DNA from: an uncultured Planctomycetota bacterium
Lineage (GTDB): Bacteria; Planctomycetota; Planctomycetia; Isosphaerales; Isosphaeraceae
Direction of reading: 5' to 3'
NCBI GenBank assembly: GCA_963823665.1
Contig: CAWGMQ010000010.1
Span: forward strand, 224,001-288,000
Length of the DNA stretch: 64,000 nt
A program made the translations under genes and the position numbers. The notes under the pieces were generated by a model, which saw only the letters and a program-made list of their open reading frames with translations, had not been told where the DNA came from and made no database searches. Numbering within the stretch: position 1 is the first letter of the stretch; each line of letters starts with the position of its first letter. Below, one piece after another: positions 11,620 to 21,540 of the stretch.

Positions 11620-14600
11620 ATGTCCGTGAGCAGACGGCGATCCTGGCTTACAACCCGAGCGCGCTCCACACAACGTAGGCGCCGCCGCCGCTATAGCCCA
11701 CTGTCGCCATGCGGGCTCGGCGACTGGATGCTCGAAGTCCGCTGCCTGCTGAGCACAGCGCCAAGCTCGATCACATCAGAGTTTTCCGTGGCGCGTGGGC
11801 AAACCGAAATCATCAACGTCAGCACGACACCGGTGATTCACCTGAAGGGCAACCTGGATGACCAGGGCACTATCTACCTGGTCTCCACTGATCCGCTGGA
11901 GCAGAGCGCCACCATAACCGCTCAGAACATAATCGAAGGCGCCGGAGCGATGATTACCACCGTGCTCCCGCCGGGCGGTTTGCCCGGCTATAGCAACGCC
12001 ATGAACAATCTCAGTCTGACGCTCGACGCTCAGCATAATGTCGTCATCAACGGCGCCATCACCACCGATGGTGGCGCGATTTTAATCAACGCCGGCGGGA
12101 TGTTATCCGATCGAGCCGTCATCAGTAGCAGCGGCGTGGAACCGGGGCGCGACGCCGGCGACATCGACATCATTGGCGACTCAATTATCATTGACGCGCC
12201 TCTGCTGGCCGTCGGCAGCAATGGGGCGAGCGGAGCAGATGCAACAGCGCCCGGAACGGCCGGAGCAGACGGAGAACCCGGCGGCAAGGGAGGCATGATT
12301 ACGGTAACGGCTACCAACGGTATAACCATCCACGCCGATATTCGAGCCGACGGGGGCAACGGAGGCAACGGAGGCAACGGCAGCGATGGCTCGACCCTCT
12401 CAGGCGGCGCCGGCGGACGGGGTGGCGATGGCGGCGGAGCCCGATCGATCACGTTGACGACCAAGAACGCTGCGATCGACCAAGCTGCGGGCTTCGTGAT
12501 CACCGCCTGGGGTGGCAGCGGCGGCAACGGCGGTGCCGGCGGAAAAGGAGCTACCGCAATCGACGCCAGGGCCGGCGACGGCGGGCGAGGCGGCGACGGC
12601 GGCCTGGCTACGCAGGGCGGTAGCCTTCGAGCCGACTCCGGCGCAGGCAGTATCAAGTTCAGTGGCACGCTCAACTTCAATGGCGGCTCCGGTGGTGGTG
12701 GCGGCTCCGGTGGCGATGGCGGGAGTGGCGTTTCAGCAGGCTTTGCCGGCGGCAACGGCGGCGACACAGGCGCTTCCCAGGGTGGCGCCCTGGGCGGCAT
12801 GATCGACTTGAAAACCAAAAGCGGCGCCATCAGCCTGGCATCGGCCACGGCAAACGGCGGCAATGGCGGGCAGACCGCTGCCAGCGGCGGCGGTGGCGAT
12901 GGCACCATGGGCGGCGCCGGCGGCCTCGTCCTCGATGGCGGAGGCGGCGGCCAGGGCGGGGCGCTGCAACTTGCCTCAAAGAGCGGCGCGATTACCGTTA
13001 CCAACAGCATTGAGTTAAACGGCGGCGCTGGCGGCAGCCAGTTCAGCGATGCGGGCGACGGGGGTGCCGGATCGATCTCGATGGGCGGCGCCGGCGGCAC
13101 CCTCGGTAATGGCGGCGGTGGAGCGAAAGGCGGCATGTTCTCAGCCAAGACCAAGGGCGCCCTCACCATCTCCGGTGCCGTGAGCGCCAAGGGCGGTGCT
13201 GGCGGCAGCTTGTTTGCGCTCGCCGGAAACGGGGGCCAAGGCATAGGCCAAGCGATCGGCGGCGCCGGCGGCGGCCTTCTTGACGGCGGCGCGGGCGGCG
13301 GCGGCGGCTCGGTTACCATCCAGGCGAAGGACAACATCAGCGTTTCCTCACCTCTCGACCTTTCGGGCGGCGCCGGCGGCGCAATGAGCGGCACCGGCGG
13401 CAAGGGCGGCGACGGTCCCAAAGGCGGCGTCGGCGGTAGCTTGGGTGCCAGCGGCAGCGGCGGCGATGGTGGTTCGCTCAACGTCAAAACAAGTAAAATC
13501 CCGCCGAATCGCCTGGAAACCATCACGGTGACTTTCAAGAGCGCTGTCAATGCAGGCGGAGGCGCAGCCGGTATCTATTTCGGCAGAGCCGGAGACGGCG
13601 GCGACGGATCAAGCGGCAACGGCGGCGACGGCGGTGGGACGGGCAATCAGGGCAGCGGCGGCGGCGGCGGCACGATCGAAGTAACCGGACTGAACTTGCA
13701 CATCACTTCCACTGGCTTGCTCTCAGCCAACGGCGGCAGCAACGGTGCGCGTCCCTCAGGCGGAACCAGCATACCTGGCTACGCCGGTATCTCCGGTGAC
13801 GGGGGCAACGGCGGCGACAACGGCAATGGCGGCAATGGCGGGCTTGTCGGCGACGGCGGCTCCGCGGGGAATGGCGGCATGATCCGGCTCGACATACCAG
13901 CAAACCTGACCGTCGACGAAGACATGTTCGGTTCCGACCACATCTCCGCGCGCGGCGGACTGGTATCAGATGATATCGCTCAGAGCGGCAAAGGTGGCAT
14001 GGCTGGCCCTGACGGCAACGACGACTCCGTTGGCGGCAACGGCGGCAGCATCGGCAATAACGGCAGCGCCGGCGACGGTGGGCTGATCCTGATCAAGGGC
14101 GCTGCCGGCGATATCGGCGGCGGCGGCGTTCTGGCGGTAGCCGGCGGTAAAGTTTTCGATATGTCCGCCTCCTCAGGAGCCGGCGGTGATGCAGGAGATT
14201 TTGGCGCCGGCGGGCGCAGCGGCAACATCGGCAATAACGGCGACGCAGGCGATGGCGGCAAGATCATCATTTCGTCTACGGGAGGTACCATCGGTCTGAA
14301 GAACTTGATCGCACCCGGTGGCGATATCGACGGCACGTTCAAACCGCAAACCGGCAACGGTGGCGCGGGTGGCAGCATCGACGGAAACGGCGGCTCGAGC
14401 GGCAACATCGGCGACAATGGCCAGGGAGGAGTCGGCGGATTCATCCAAGAAACCAGTAAGAGCGGCACCATCGGCGTCGTCGGGAAAGTCGAAGGTAAGT
14501 TTGCGAATCTTGTAGCCGCCGGCGGGGTGGTGGCACCCATCATTAAATTGGAAGGCACACCTAGCAGCGTTCTGAACCTTGATATCTATGCACCCTCGCA

Positions 14601-17600
14601 AGCCAAGACCGGGAATGGCGGTGGTGCGGTCGTCGGCAACGGCGGCAGTAGCGGCGACATTGGCACCAACGGCTCCGGTGGTGACGGCGGCGAAGTGGTT
14701 TTGACCACAGTTTCCGGCAATATCAACATGCCCAAAGGAGTGATCGTAACGGCTGGCGGCGATGGCGGCACCGCCTTCAACGTGACAGGCAACGGTGGAT
14801 CGACGCAACAAGGCATAGGCGGCAACAGCGGCAATATCGGCCAAAATAGCGATGGCGGTAAGTCAGGACCGATCACGCTGAAGTCGACATTCGGCAGCAT
14901 TGCCCTCGCTGCCCCCTTGATTCTGCGCGGCGCTATCGCTTCAAATTCAGGCGACCGCACCGGCGATGGTGGCACCTCGATGGACGGCACGGGCGGCAAC
15001 AGCGGGAATATAGGCACTTTCGCATTCGGAGTATTCTTTGCCGGAGGCATCGCGGGTGACGGCGGAAAGCTGACGGAGATTGCCGGCGGCTCCATAACAA
15101 CTTCGGAAGCCAGCGTCGCGACCGGCGGTGATGCCGGCGCCCTTTCCCCGTCGCCTCCGCCAGGGTTCATGCCAGTGTCCCAGTACTATCAGCCTGTAAC
15201 CGGCGACGGCGGAATCGGCACCAGCCAGGGCGGCGACTCGGGCAATATCGGCAGCGCCGGCATTGCCGGCGATGGCGGCGAGGTCGTTTTCAAGACCGTA
15301 AAACCGCCGCCCGAGTCTGGCATAAAGCCCGCTTCACTGAACATTGAACCGGATCGCATTAATGTCAACGGCGGTAACGCCGGTACCCAAGCCCCCCAAC
15401 CTCTGGAGGTCGACGTTTTTGGTGTAACGATTACGTTAACGATTACCATCCCGGCGGGCGACGGCGTAGAGCGCGGTGAGAGCGGCAGTGGCGGTAGTGG
15501 CGACGCCGGAGGAAGCGCCGGAGATGTCGGCGGCGGCGTGGCCGGCGGCGGTGGCGGAACCATTCAAGTTTCTTCGGATGGTTCAATCACCAAGTCTGTC
15601 TACTTCCTGACCGACGGTGGTTACGGCGGCGACCAGGCCGGAACGGGCGGAAGTGGTGGCAAAGCGGCGGGGCCATATGGTGGCGGAACCGGCGGCTCTG
15701 TCGACGGAGCAGGCGATGGTGGGAATGCTGGCAAAATCGAATTGACAGCCCAGAAGGGCATCACCCTTAAAGAGGTTGAGGGCTTCGGCGGCGCCGGCGG
15801 CAACGACGGCCACGGCGCCAGCACCCCGGCCGCCGGCAATGGTGGCGATGGACTGCTTCCAGCGGGCGACGGCGGATACTTGGGTGGCTCCGGTGGAGGT
15901 GGCAAAGGCGGGACCCTGGTCGTGAAGACCCCCCCCATCGTGACCCCCGAGACCAAGGGTCAGACCATCGACGTCGAGGGAAACACGGGCATGAATTTCT
16001 ACGGCGGAAATGGTGGCAGCATGGCCGGCTCCGCGGGCAAAGGCGGCAACAGCACGGGGGACGCGGACTCCGATGGCGTCGGCGGTAACGGCGGCAACTG
16101 CTTGCCATCCGGAGCCGGCGGGCCAGGCGGCTCGATAACCCTTAGCTCACCCGGCGCCGGCGGCAGGGTCGACCTGTTGGAGGGTGCCAGTGTCAATGGG
16201 GGCGATAGCGAGTCTTACACCGCGACAAGCGGCGCGGGCGGTAACGGCACCGGCAGCAAACCCGGCGGCAAGGGCGGCGATTCCGGCGACCAAGGTGATG
16301 GCGGCGGCCCGGGCGCCAACCCCACCATCATGAGTATCAAGATCGAGACCGGCACCTTCACCCTGGCCGCGCGCCAATTCCTCGAAGCCAATGGCGGCGC
16401 AGCCCAAACGTACATAAACACTCCCGGCAACGGCGGCGGCGGCGGCGTTGTTGGTGGCGACGGTGGCTCCGGCGGCAAGACAGGCACCGGCGGAGGCGGC
16501 GGCACTATCCAGATAACGACAGACCGGGCCCTGCAAGTCAACGGCGCAATCTCCGCCAACGGCGGCGAACGCTACGCCATGTCGGACAGTTCCGGCAGCG
16601 GCGGCGATGCGCTTTCGGGATCCCGCGCCATGGGCGGCAACGGCGGTATGATCCCGATTGCCGGCTCCGCCGGTGGCGGCGGCGGCATATCGCTCACGAG
16701 CAAGTTGAGTGACGTGAGCGGTGCAGGCTCGGTGTCTGCCAACGGCGGCATGGTCCAGAACCACCTTGTTGGAGTGCCGCCAGCCCCTGTCATGATCGGC
16801 GGTTCCGGCGGCTCAGGCGGCGCGCTCGGCACGGGCGGGGCCGGCGGCTCGACCGGCGACGGCGCAGGCGCGGGCGACGGCGGTAAGATCACCGTGCAAG
16901 CGAAGAATGGAATCAGTCTAGCGACCTACTCGGCAGACGGCGGATCGGTCTTTGGCACTTACGATGCTAAGGGCGGCAAGGGTGGAGATGATGCCGACGG
17001 CGGTGACGGCAGCACCGGGGGCGCCGGCGGCGGCGCAGGAAACAATGGCAAAGGCGGCGACGGTGGCGCCATTACTCTGGGGAGCTTTGGCGGCATTACC
17101 ATAAACACCGCATCGGCGATCGGCGGATCGGTTGGCGATATGTCGGCTATCGGCGGCGCCGGTGGCAATCAGGTCAGCGGCACTGGCTCCGGCGGCGCCG
17201 GCGGCTCCGTCGCCAACAACGGCAACGGCGGCACCGGCGGCAGAATCAAAATCTCCAAATTATCATTATTTGGCGCGACAAAAGTCGGCCCAATAAAGAC
17301 AACCGGTCGCATCGATGTAAGCGGGGGGTCGGTTGGCGTCTACAGCGCGACAAGCGGCGCCGGCGGTAACGCCGGTCCCGATGGCGGAGCAGGCGGCTCT
17401 GGCGGAATGTTGGGCAGCAATGGTAGAGGCGGCGATGGCAACACGATTGAGATACTGGGCCATGATTTCGCGGTGACGGTCGCTGGCGCATTGGTCGCTG
17501 ACGGCGGCAGCGTGGCAGGGCCTTATACCGGCAAGGCCGGTAACGGCGGCGACGCCACAGGCAGCGGTCTAGGCGACGTCGCCGGTGCCGGAGCAAGTCT

Positions 17601-18363
17601 TGGCAGTAACGGTAGCGCCGGAGGCGGCGGCTCAATCACAGTCTCGTCCAACATCGGGTCAATAACAACGCAGTTGATCTCAGCCAACGGCGGCAGCACA
17701 TCCGCTCAGCAGGGCACCGCGGGCAATGGCGGCACCGGAGGACTACGTGGCGGCATCGGAGGCGCGGTCGGCGGCGACCAGGGCGCCGGCACCGCAGGAG
17801 GGCTCGGCGGCACGCTTGATATTGAGACCGCGTTCGGCCCCATTACGCTCAACGACGATCTCGTAGCCAATGGCTCCGCAGGGGGTGATGTCAACGCCAC
17901 GGCCGGCGCCGGGGGATTTGGCACACAGAAAGGCCTCGACGGAGGCGCCGTAACGCCAGCCGGCGACGGCGGTCGAGGCGGCACGATCACCGTCAAGACC
18001 AAGAAAGGCACCCTGACCATTAACAAGAAGAAGTCCGGCGACCCCATTGTGATATCCACTAACGGGGGCGCCGGCGGCAGCCAGTTGGGCAAGGGGGGCA
18101 AAGGAGGCGACAGCGACCCCACCGACGGCACCGCCGGCAACGGTGGCAGTGCCGGCAAGGCAGGCAACGGAGGCTCTGGTGGCAACATCACCATCAAAGC
18201 GACAAGTAAACCGGCGATCATTAACACGACGGCTGCAGGCGGCGTCAAAGGCAATCTCAACCTGATGGCCTACGGAGCCGGCGGCAACGCCGCGACTCGG
18301 GGCAATGACGGCAAGGTCGATGACTCCGCAATGAATGGAGCTGCCGGTCACATCGAGAAATAA
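11620..18363 (+). CDS. Giant (~2,250 aa) glycine-rich repetitive secreted/surface protein with planctomycete LEPR-xLL-like N-terminal motif
   Basis: Uninterrupted ORF (track start 11602; ATG 11620 after GAGGAG); basic N-terminus then LEVRCLLS; repeated GGxGGxGGxG tracts alternating with short hydrophobic strands (GGxITI, ISANGG). Confidence 0.85.
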   Translation: MSVSRRRSWLTTRARSTQRRRRRRYSPLSPCGLGDWMLEVRCLLSTAPSSITSEFSVARGQTEIINVSTTPVIHLKGNLDDQGTIYLVSTDPLEQSATITAQNIIEGAGAMITTVLPPGGLPGYSNAMNNLSLTLDAQHNVVINGAITTDGGAILINAGGMLSDRAVISSSGVEPGRDAGDIDIIGDSIIIDAPLLAVGSNGASGADATAPGTAGADGEPGGKGGMITVTATNGITIHADIRADGGNGGNGGNGSDGSTLSGGAGGRGGDGGGARSITLTTKNAAIDQAAGFVITAWGGSGGNGGAGGKGATAIDARAGDGGRGGDGGLATQGGSLRADSGAGSIKFSGTLNFNGGSGGGGGSGGDGGSGVSAGFAGGNGGDTGASQGGALGGMIDLKTKSGAISLASATANGGNGGQTAASGGGGDGTMGGAGGLVLDGGGGGQGGALQLASKSGAITVTNSIELNGGAGGSQFSDAGDGGAGSISMGGAGGTLGNGGGGAKGGMFSAKTKGALTISGAVSAKGGAGGSLFALAGNGGQGIGQAIGGAGGGLLDGGAGGGGGSVTIQAKDNISVSSPLDLSGGAGGAMSGTGGKGGDGPKGGVGGSLGASGSGGDGGSLNVKTSKIPPNRLETITVTFKSAVNAGGGAAGIYFGRAGDGGDGSSGNGGDGGGTGNQGSGGGGGTIEVTGLNLHITSTGLLSANGGSNGARPSGGTSIPGYAGISGDGGNGGDNGNGGNGGLVGDGGSAGNGGMIRLDIPANLTVDEDMFGSDHISARGGLVSDDIAQSGKGGMAGPDGNDDSVGGNGGSIGNNGSAGDGGLILIKGAAGDIGGGGVLAVAGGKVFDMSASSGAGGDAGDFGAGGRSGNIGNNGDAGDGGKIIISSTGGTIGLKNLIAPGGDIDGTFKPQTGNGGAGGSIDGNGGSSGNIGDNGQGGVGGFIQETSKSGTIGVVGKVEGKFANLVAAGGVVAPIIKLEGTPSSVLNLDIYAPSQAKTGNGGGAVVGNGGSSGDIGTNGSGGDGGEVVLTTVSGNINMPKGVIVTAGGDGGTAFNVTGNGGSTQQGIGGNSGNIGQNSDGGKSGPITLKSTFGSIALAAPLILRGAIASNSGDRTGDGGTSMDGTGGNSGNIGTFAFGVFFAGGIAGDGGKLTEIAGGSITTSEASVATGGDAGALSPSPPPGFMPVSQYYQPVTGDGGIGTSQGGDSGNIGSAGIAGDGGEVVFKTVKPPPESGIKPASLNIEPDRINVNGGNAGTQAPQPLEVDVFGVTITLTITIPAGDGVERGESGSGGSGDAGGSAGDVGGGVAGGGGGTIQVSSDGSITKSVYFLTDGGYGGDQAGTGGSGGKAAGPYGGGTGGSVDGAGDGGNAGKIELTAQKGITLKEVEGFGGAGGNDGHGASTPAAGNGGDGLLPAGDGGYLGGSGGGGKGGTLVVKTPPIVTPETKGQTIDVEGNTGMNFYGGNGGSMAGSAGKGGNSTGDADSDGVGGNGGNCLPSGAGGPGGSITLSSPGAGGRVDLLEGASVNGGDSESYTATSGAGGNGTGSKPGGKGGDSGDQGDGGGPGANPTIMSIKIETGTFTLAARQFLEANGGAAQTYINTPGNGGGGGVVGGDGGSGGKTGTGGGGGTIQITTDRALQVNGAISANGGERYAMSDSSGSGGDALSGSRAMGGNGGMIPIAGSAGGGGGISLTSKLSDVSGAGSVSANGGMVQNHLVGVPPAPVMIGGSGGSGGALGTGGAGGSTGDGAGAGDGGKITVQAKNGISLATYSADGGSVFGTYDAKGGKGGDDADGGDGSTGGAGGGAGNNGKGGDGGAITLGSFGGITINTASAIGGSVGDMSAIGGAGGNQVSGTGSGGAGGSVANNGNGGTGGRIKISKLSLFGATKVGPIKTTGRIDVSGGSVGVYSATSGAGGNAGPDGGAGGSGGMLGSNGRGGDGNTIEILGHDFAVTVAGALVADGGSVAGPYTGKAGNGGDATGSGLGDVAGAGASLGSNGSAGGGGSITVSSNIGSITTQLISANGGSTSAQQGTAGNGGTGGLRGGIGGAVGGDQGAGTAGGLGGTLDIETAFGPITLNDDLVANGSAGGDVNATAGAGGFGTQKGLDGGAVTPAGDGGRGGTITVKTKKGTLTINKKKSGDPIVISTNGGAGGSQLGKGGKGGDSDPTDGTAGNGGSAGKAGNGGSGGNITIKATSKPAIINTTAAGGVKGNLNLMAYGAGGNAATRGNDGKVDDSAMNGAAGHIEK

Positions 18364-18384
18364 GCTGTTGGCGACGACAGAGGG

Positions 18385-18462
18385 CACAAGCGGCAAGAGT
18401 TGTTCGGCCGCCCGGGAGTCGCCCTGTTCGATCGCCCTCAGGATCCCGGGCACCTCACCCAT
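18385..18462 (-). pseudogene. 26-codon N-terminal remnant of a planctomycete ECF sigma factor (TIGR02999-like)
   Basis: MGEVPGILRAIEQGDSRAAEQLLPLV resembles the family start (xxVTxILxAIExGDxxAAEQLLPLVY); GGAGG RBS upstream; similarity stops abruptly 22 bp from the giant gene's stop. Confidence 0.65.
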
Positions 18463-18533
18463 CGTCACTCGCCTCCGGCGTTCGTGGTAAACTGCGTTTG
18501 CTTTGATTGCCAAGATGCTGAAGGAGCCGCGAA

Positions 18534-19490
18534 ATGACGTCGAACCGAAGAGAATTCCTCGCCCTGACCGGGCTCGCCGCCTCATCCTCGCCGTTGAAAA
18601 TGCTTGACCCGCTCGAGCCGCTTCAGGAGCCGGCCAAGCCGCCCGCCCGCAACCCCCGCGCGATCGGCGTTTCGTCTTATTCATTCTGGCAGTTCCGCGG
18701 CGAGCGGCTGGGCATACCCGCCTGCATCGACAAGGCCGCGGCCATGGGCTTCGACGGCGTCGAGATCCTGCACGTGCAGATGGAAGACGAATCGCCCGCA
18801 GCCGTCAACAAGATCAAGCGGCAGGCCCACTCGCTCGGCCTGGCACTGATGGGTTTCTCAACGCACCAGGGTTTCGTCTACTACGACGCCGACGTCCGCC
18901 GCACCAACGTCCAGAAGACGCTCTACCAGATCGAGCTGGCCGCCAGCCTGGGCATCCCCACGATGCGCATCAACACCGGCCGCTGGGGCACGATCAAGTC
19001 GTTCGACGATTTCATGGCCAAGAAGGGAATCGAGCCCGCTCTCGAAGGCTACACGGAGGAGCAGGCATTCGGGTGGGTGATCTCCTCGATCGAGAAGCTG
19101 CTACCCAGGGCCGAGGCTTGCGGAGTCGTCCTCGGCTTGGAGAACCACTGGGGCCTCGGCCGGACGGCCGCCGGCGTGCTGCGAATCGTCGAGGGCATCA
19201 AGTCACCGTGGCTGCAAATGACGCTCGACACCGGCAACTTCCTGGAAAACAGCTACGAGCAAATGGAAAAGATGGCCTCCAGCTCCGTGCCCATCACCCT
19301 CGTGCAAGCAAAGACGTACTTCGGCGGCGGACGATGGTACACACTCGAACTCGACTACGCGCGGATCGCGAAGATCCTGGATAACCACCATTACCGCGGT
19401 TGGATCTCACTGGAATTTGAGGGGAATGAAGACGCCGAGACAGCCGTGCCCAAAAGCCTCGCCATGCTTGAGCAAAAACTCGGCCGCTAA
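18534..19490 (+). CDS. Sugar phosphate isomerase/epimerase (xylose-isomerase-like TIM barrel) with Tat signal
   Basis: SNRREFL twin-Arg; GFDGVE, LGLENHWG, LDTGNF, ISLEFEG. Confidence 0.85.
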   Translation: MTSNRREFLALTGLAASSSPLKMLDPLEPLQEPAKPPARNPRAIGVSSYSFWQFRGERLGIPACIDKAAAMGFDGVEILHVQMEDESPAAVNKIKRQAHSLGLALMGFSTHQGFVYYDADVRRTNVQKTLYQIELAASLGIPTMRINTGRWGTIKSFDDFMAKKGIEPALEGYTEEQAFGWVISSIEKLLPRAEACGVVLGLENHWGLGRTAAGVLRIVEGIKSPWLQMTLDTGNFLENSYEQMEKMASSSVPITLVQAKTYFGGGRWYTLELDYARIAKILDNHHYRGWISLEFEGNEDAETAVPKSLAMLEQKLGR

Positions 19491-19540
19491 ACGTCATTTT
19501 TCAATCTAAATGACATTACACGATGATGCGACCAAGATGC

Positions 19541-19634
19541 GTCGCACTGGCTTTGCCAGTGCGCCGTTGTAGCAGGCACACTCCGTGTGCCGTCCGCCGA
19601 GCGTGCCGGTCGGGTCGCACTGGCTTTGGCAGTC
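19541..19634. repeat. Composite REP-like cluster between convergent genes
   Basis: gtcgcactggctttgccagtg (hairpin, 19541-19561) and a near copy at 19614-19634 flank GTAG-CA-GGCACAC-TCC-GTGTGCC (19569-19591). Confidence 0.65.
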
Positions 19635-19679
19635 TTCCATTCTGGCGTGAATCGCGGTCCCACAATCGCGAAAAGCCGT

Positions 19680-21346
19680 TCAGGGCGTTGCTGCAGGAAT
19701 CAGCCACGGCGCCACGAACGAGTAAAACGTCACGATCGCCCCAACCAGGCACGCCAGGGCGATGCTGTGCTTGATCACCGCCTTGAAGATCGCCGCTTCA
19801 TTGCCGACCTGATGCGTCGCCGTGCTCGAGACGACGATCGACTGCGCGTCGATCATCTTGCCCATCACCCCCCCGCTCGAGTTGGCCGAAGCCATGAGGA
19901 TCGGGCTCAAGCCCAGCCGCTCGGCCGTGACCTTTTGCAGGTTGCCGAACAGCGCGTTCGATCCGGCGTCCGTGCCGGTCAGCGCCACGCCCAGCCAGCC
20001 CAGAAGCGTGCCAAAGAAGGGAAACGCAGGGCCAGTGCGAGTCAGAGAGAGGCCCAGGATCGTATCCATTCCGGAATACCGCGTGATATACGCCAGGCCG
20101 ACCATGAAGCTGATCGCCAGCAGCGAGGGCACCAGACGCACGAGCGTTCGGACGAATGACAGAGCGATCCGGGCTGGACTCATGCCCAGCAGCAGCCCCG
20201 CGATCACGCCACTCAAGAAGACCGCCGTGCCCGGCACCGCGAACACATTCAGGTCGGCGATCGCCTCCTCGGGCGTTGCTTCCGGCACGACCGGCGGCAT
20301 GCGCAGAACACCTTGATGAAGATAGGGCACCGGTTGCTTCAGAGCCTGAAACGTCACCGCGCGGCTGATCTCGGGCCTCGCCCACAAGAAGATGAGAATC
20401 GACACCAGCAAAAACGGCGACCACCCCTTGATCACCGCGGAATACGAATGTTTGCGCGCCGTCGCTTGAACCCGTTCCGCCCGGACGGAAGTCAGCCGCT
20501 CTGATTCCGGAACGGCCGGACTTTCCATGCTGTTCCTCGGCCGCCAGAATTTCAGGAAGACCACCATCGTCAAAAGCGAGACCATCGCCGCGATGATGTC
20601 CACCAGCCCTGATTCCTGAAAGTTCGACCAGTAAAACTGCGTTGCCGCGAACGAGATTCCGCTGACGGCAAGCGCCGGCCAGACCTCGCGTGTCTGCCGC
20701 CAGCTCACCATGCTGCGCACCAGCCAGAGCGGCAGGATCGCCGAAACCGGCGGCAGGATGCGCCCGGTCATGGCGCTGAGCGATGCTTCGGAGAATCCGG
20801 TTACGCCCGACAGAACGCGGATCGGCGTGCCGACCGCGCCCCACGCGACTGGCGCCGTATTGGCGAGCAAGCAGAGCGTCGCGGCCTGAAACGGTTCGAA
20901 TCCCAGCCCGATCAGAAATGAGCCGGCGATCGCCACCGGCGCGCCTCCACCGCCAGTTCCCTCGAGAAACGCACCGAAGCAGAACGCCACCAGAATGAGC
21001 TGAATTCTCCTATCGGTCGAAAGGCCCGCGATCGACTCCTTCATGACCTGGAACTGCCCCGTCTCCACCGCCACTTGATACAGGAAGAGCGATGCAACGA
21101 TGATCCAGGCGATGCGGATGAGGCCGAAGACCGTTCCGTGCGCGCCGCGGAGGCCACCATGGCCACCGGCATTCGGAAGACCACAAGCGCGATGGCGAAA
21201 GCGACCACAAACCCCGCGAGCGCCGCCACCCAGACACGGGTCTTGAACACGATCAGTGATACGAACAGCGAAATCACGGGCAGCGCCGAGACGGCCGTCG
21301 AGAGCTGCCAGGCGCCGAGCGGGTCGTAGTTCTGCGGCCAGGCCAT
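19680..21346 (-). CDS. lctP: L-lactate permease (LctP/LutP family); frameshifts near 21110-21140
   Basis: MAWPQNYDPLG start; FGAFLEG..GAPVAI, ANTAPVAWGAVGTPI, LTGTDAGSNALFG, ANSSGGVMGKMI. Confidence 0.88.
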
Positions 21347-21474
21347 GGTGCGAAGTTCCTGGGTCAGAGGAGGCACATCCGGTCCGACGTAACCGCTCTG
21401 TTGGTGGCGGGACTGCGGTCTCGCCGCAAGGCGTGACTTATTTCGAATTCTTGAACGCGCCGGTCGCCTCGCGG

Positions 21475-21509
21475 CCAGTATTCTACGGCGGGATGAACTA
21501 GAATACTGG
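21475..21509. promoter_or_regulatory. Perfect 11-bp inverted repeat between divergent lctP and ECF sigma genes
   Basis: CCAGTATTCTA-N13-TAGAATACTGG. Confidence 0.55.
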
Positions 21510-21540
21510 AATCTCGCTCTTCCCTGAAAGGACCAGCCGA

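Noticed and set aside
12030..18260. Pro-rich minus-strand ORFs (e.g. 12030-13550)
   Set aside because: Antisense shadows of the Gly-rich gene
11620..18363. Possible CRISPR array or DNA tandem repeat (ggcggc/ggcaac runs)
   Set aside because: Repeats are Gly codons in one long ORF; no constant repeat-spacer structure and no cas genes
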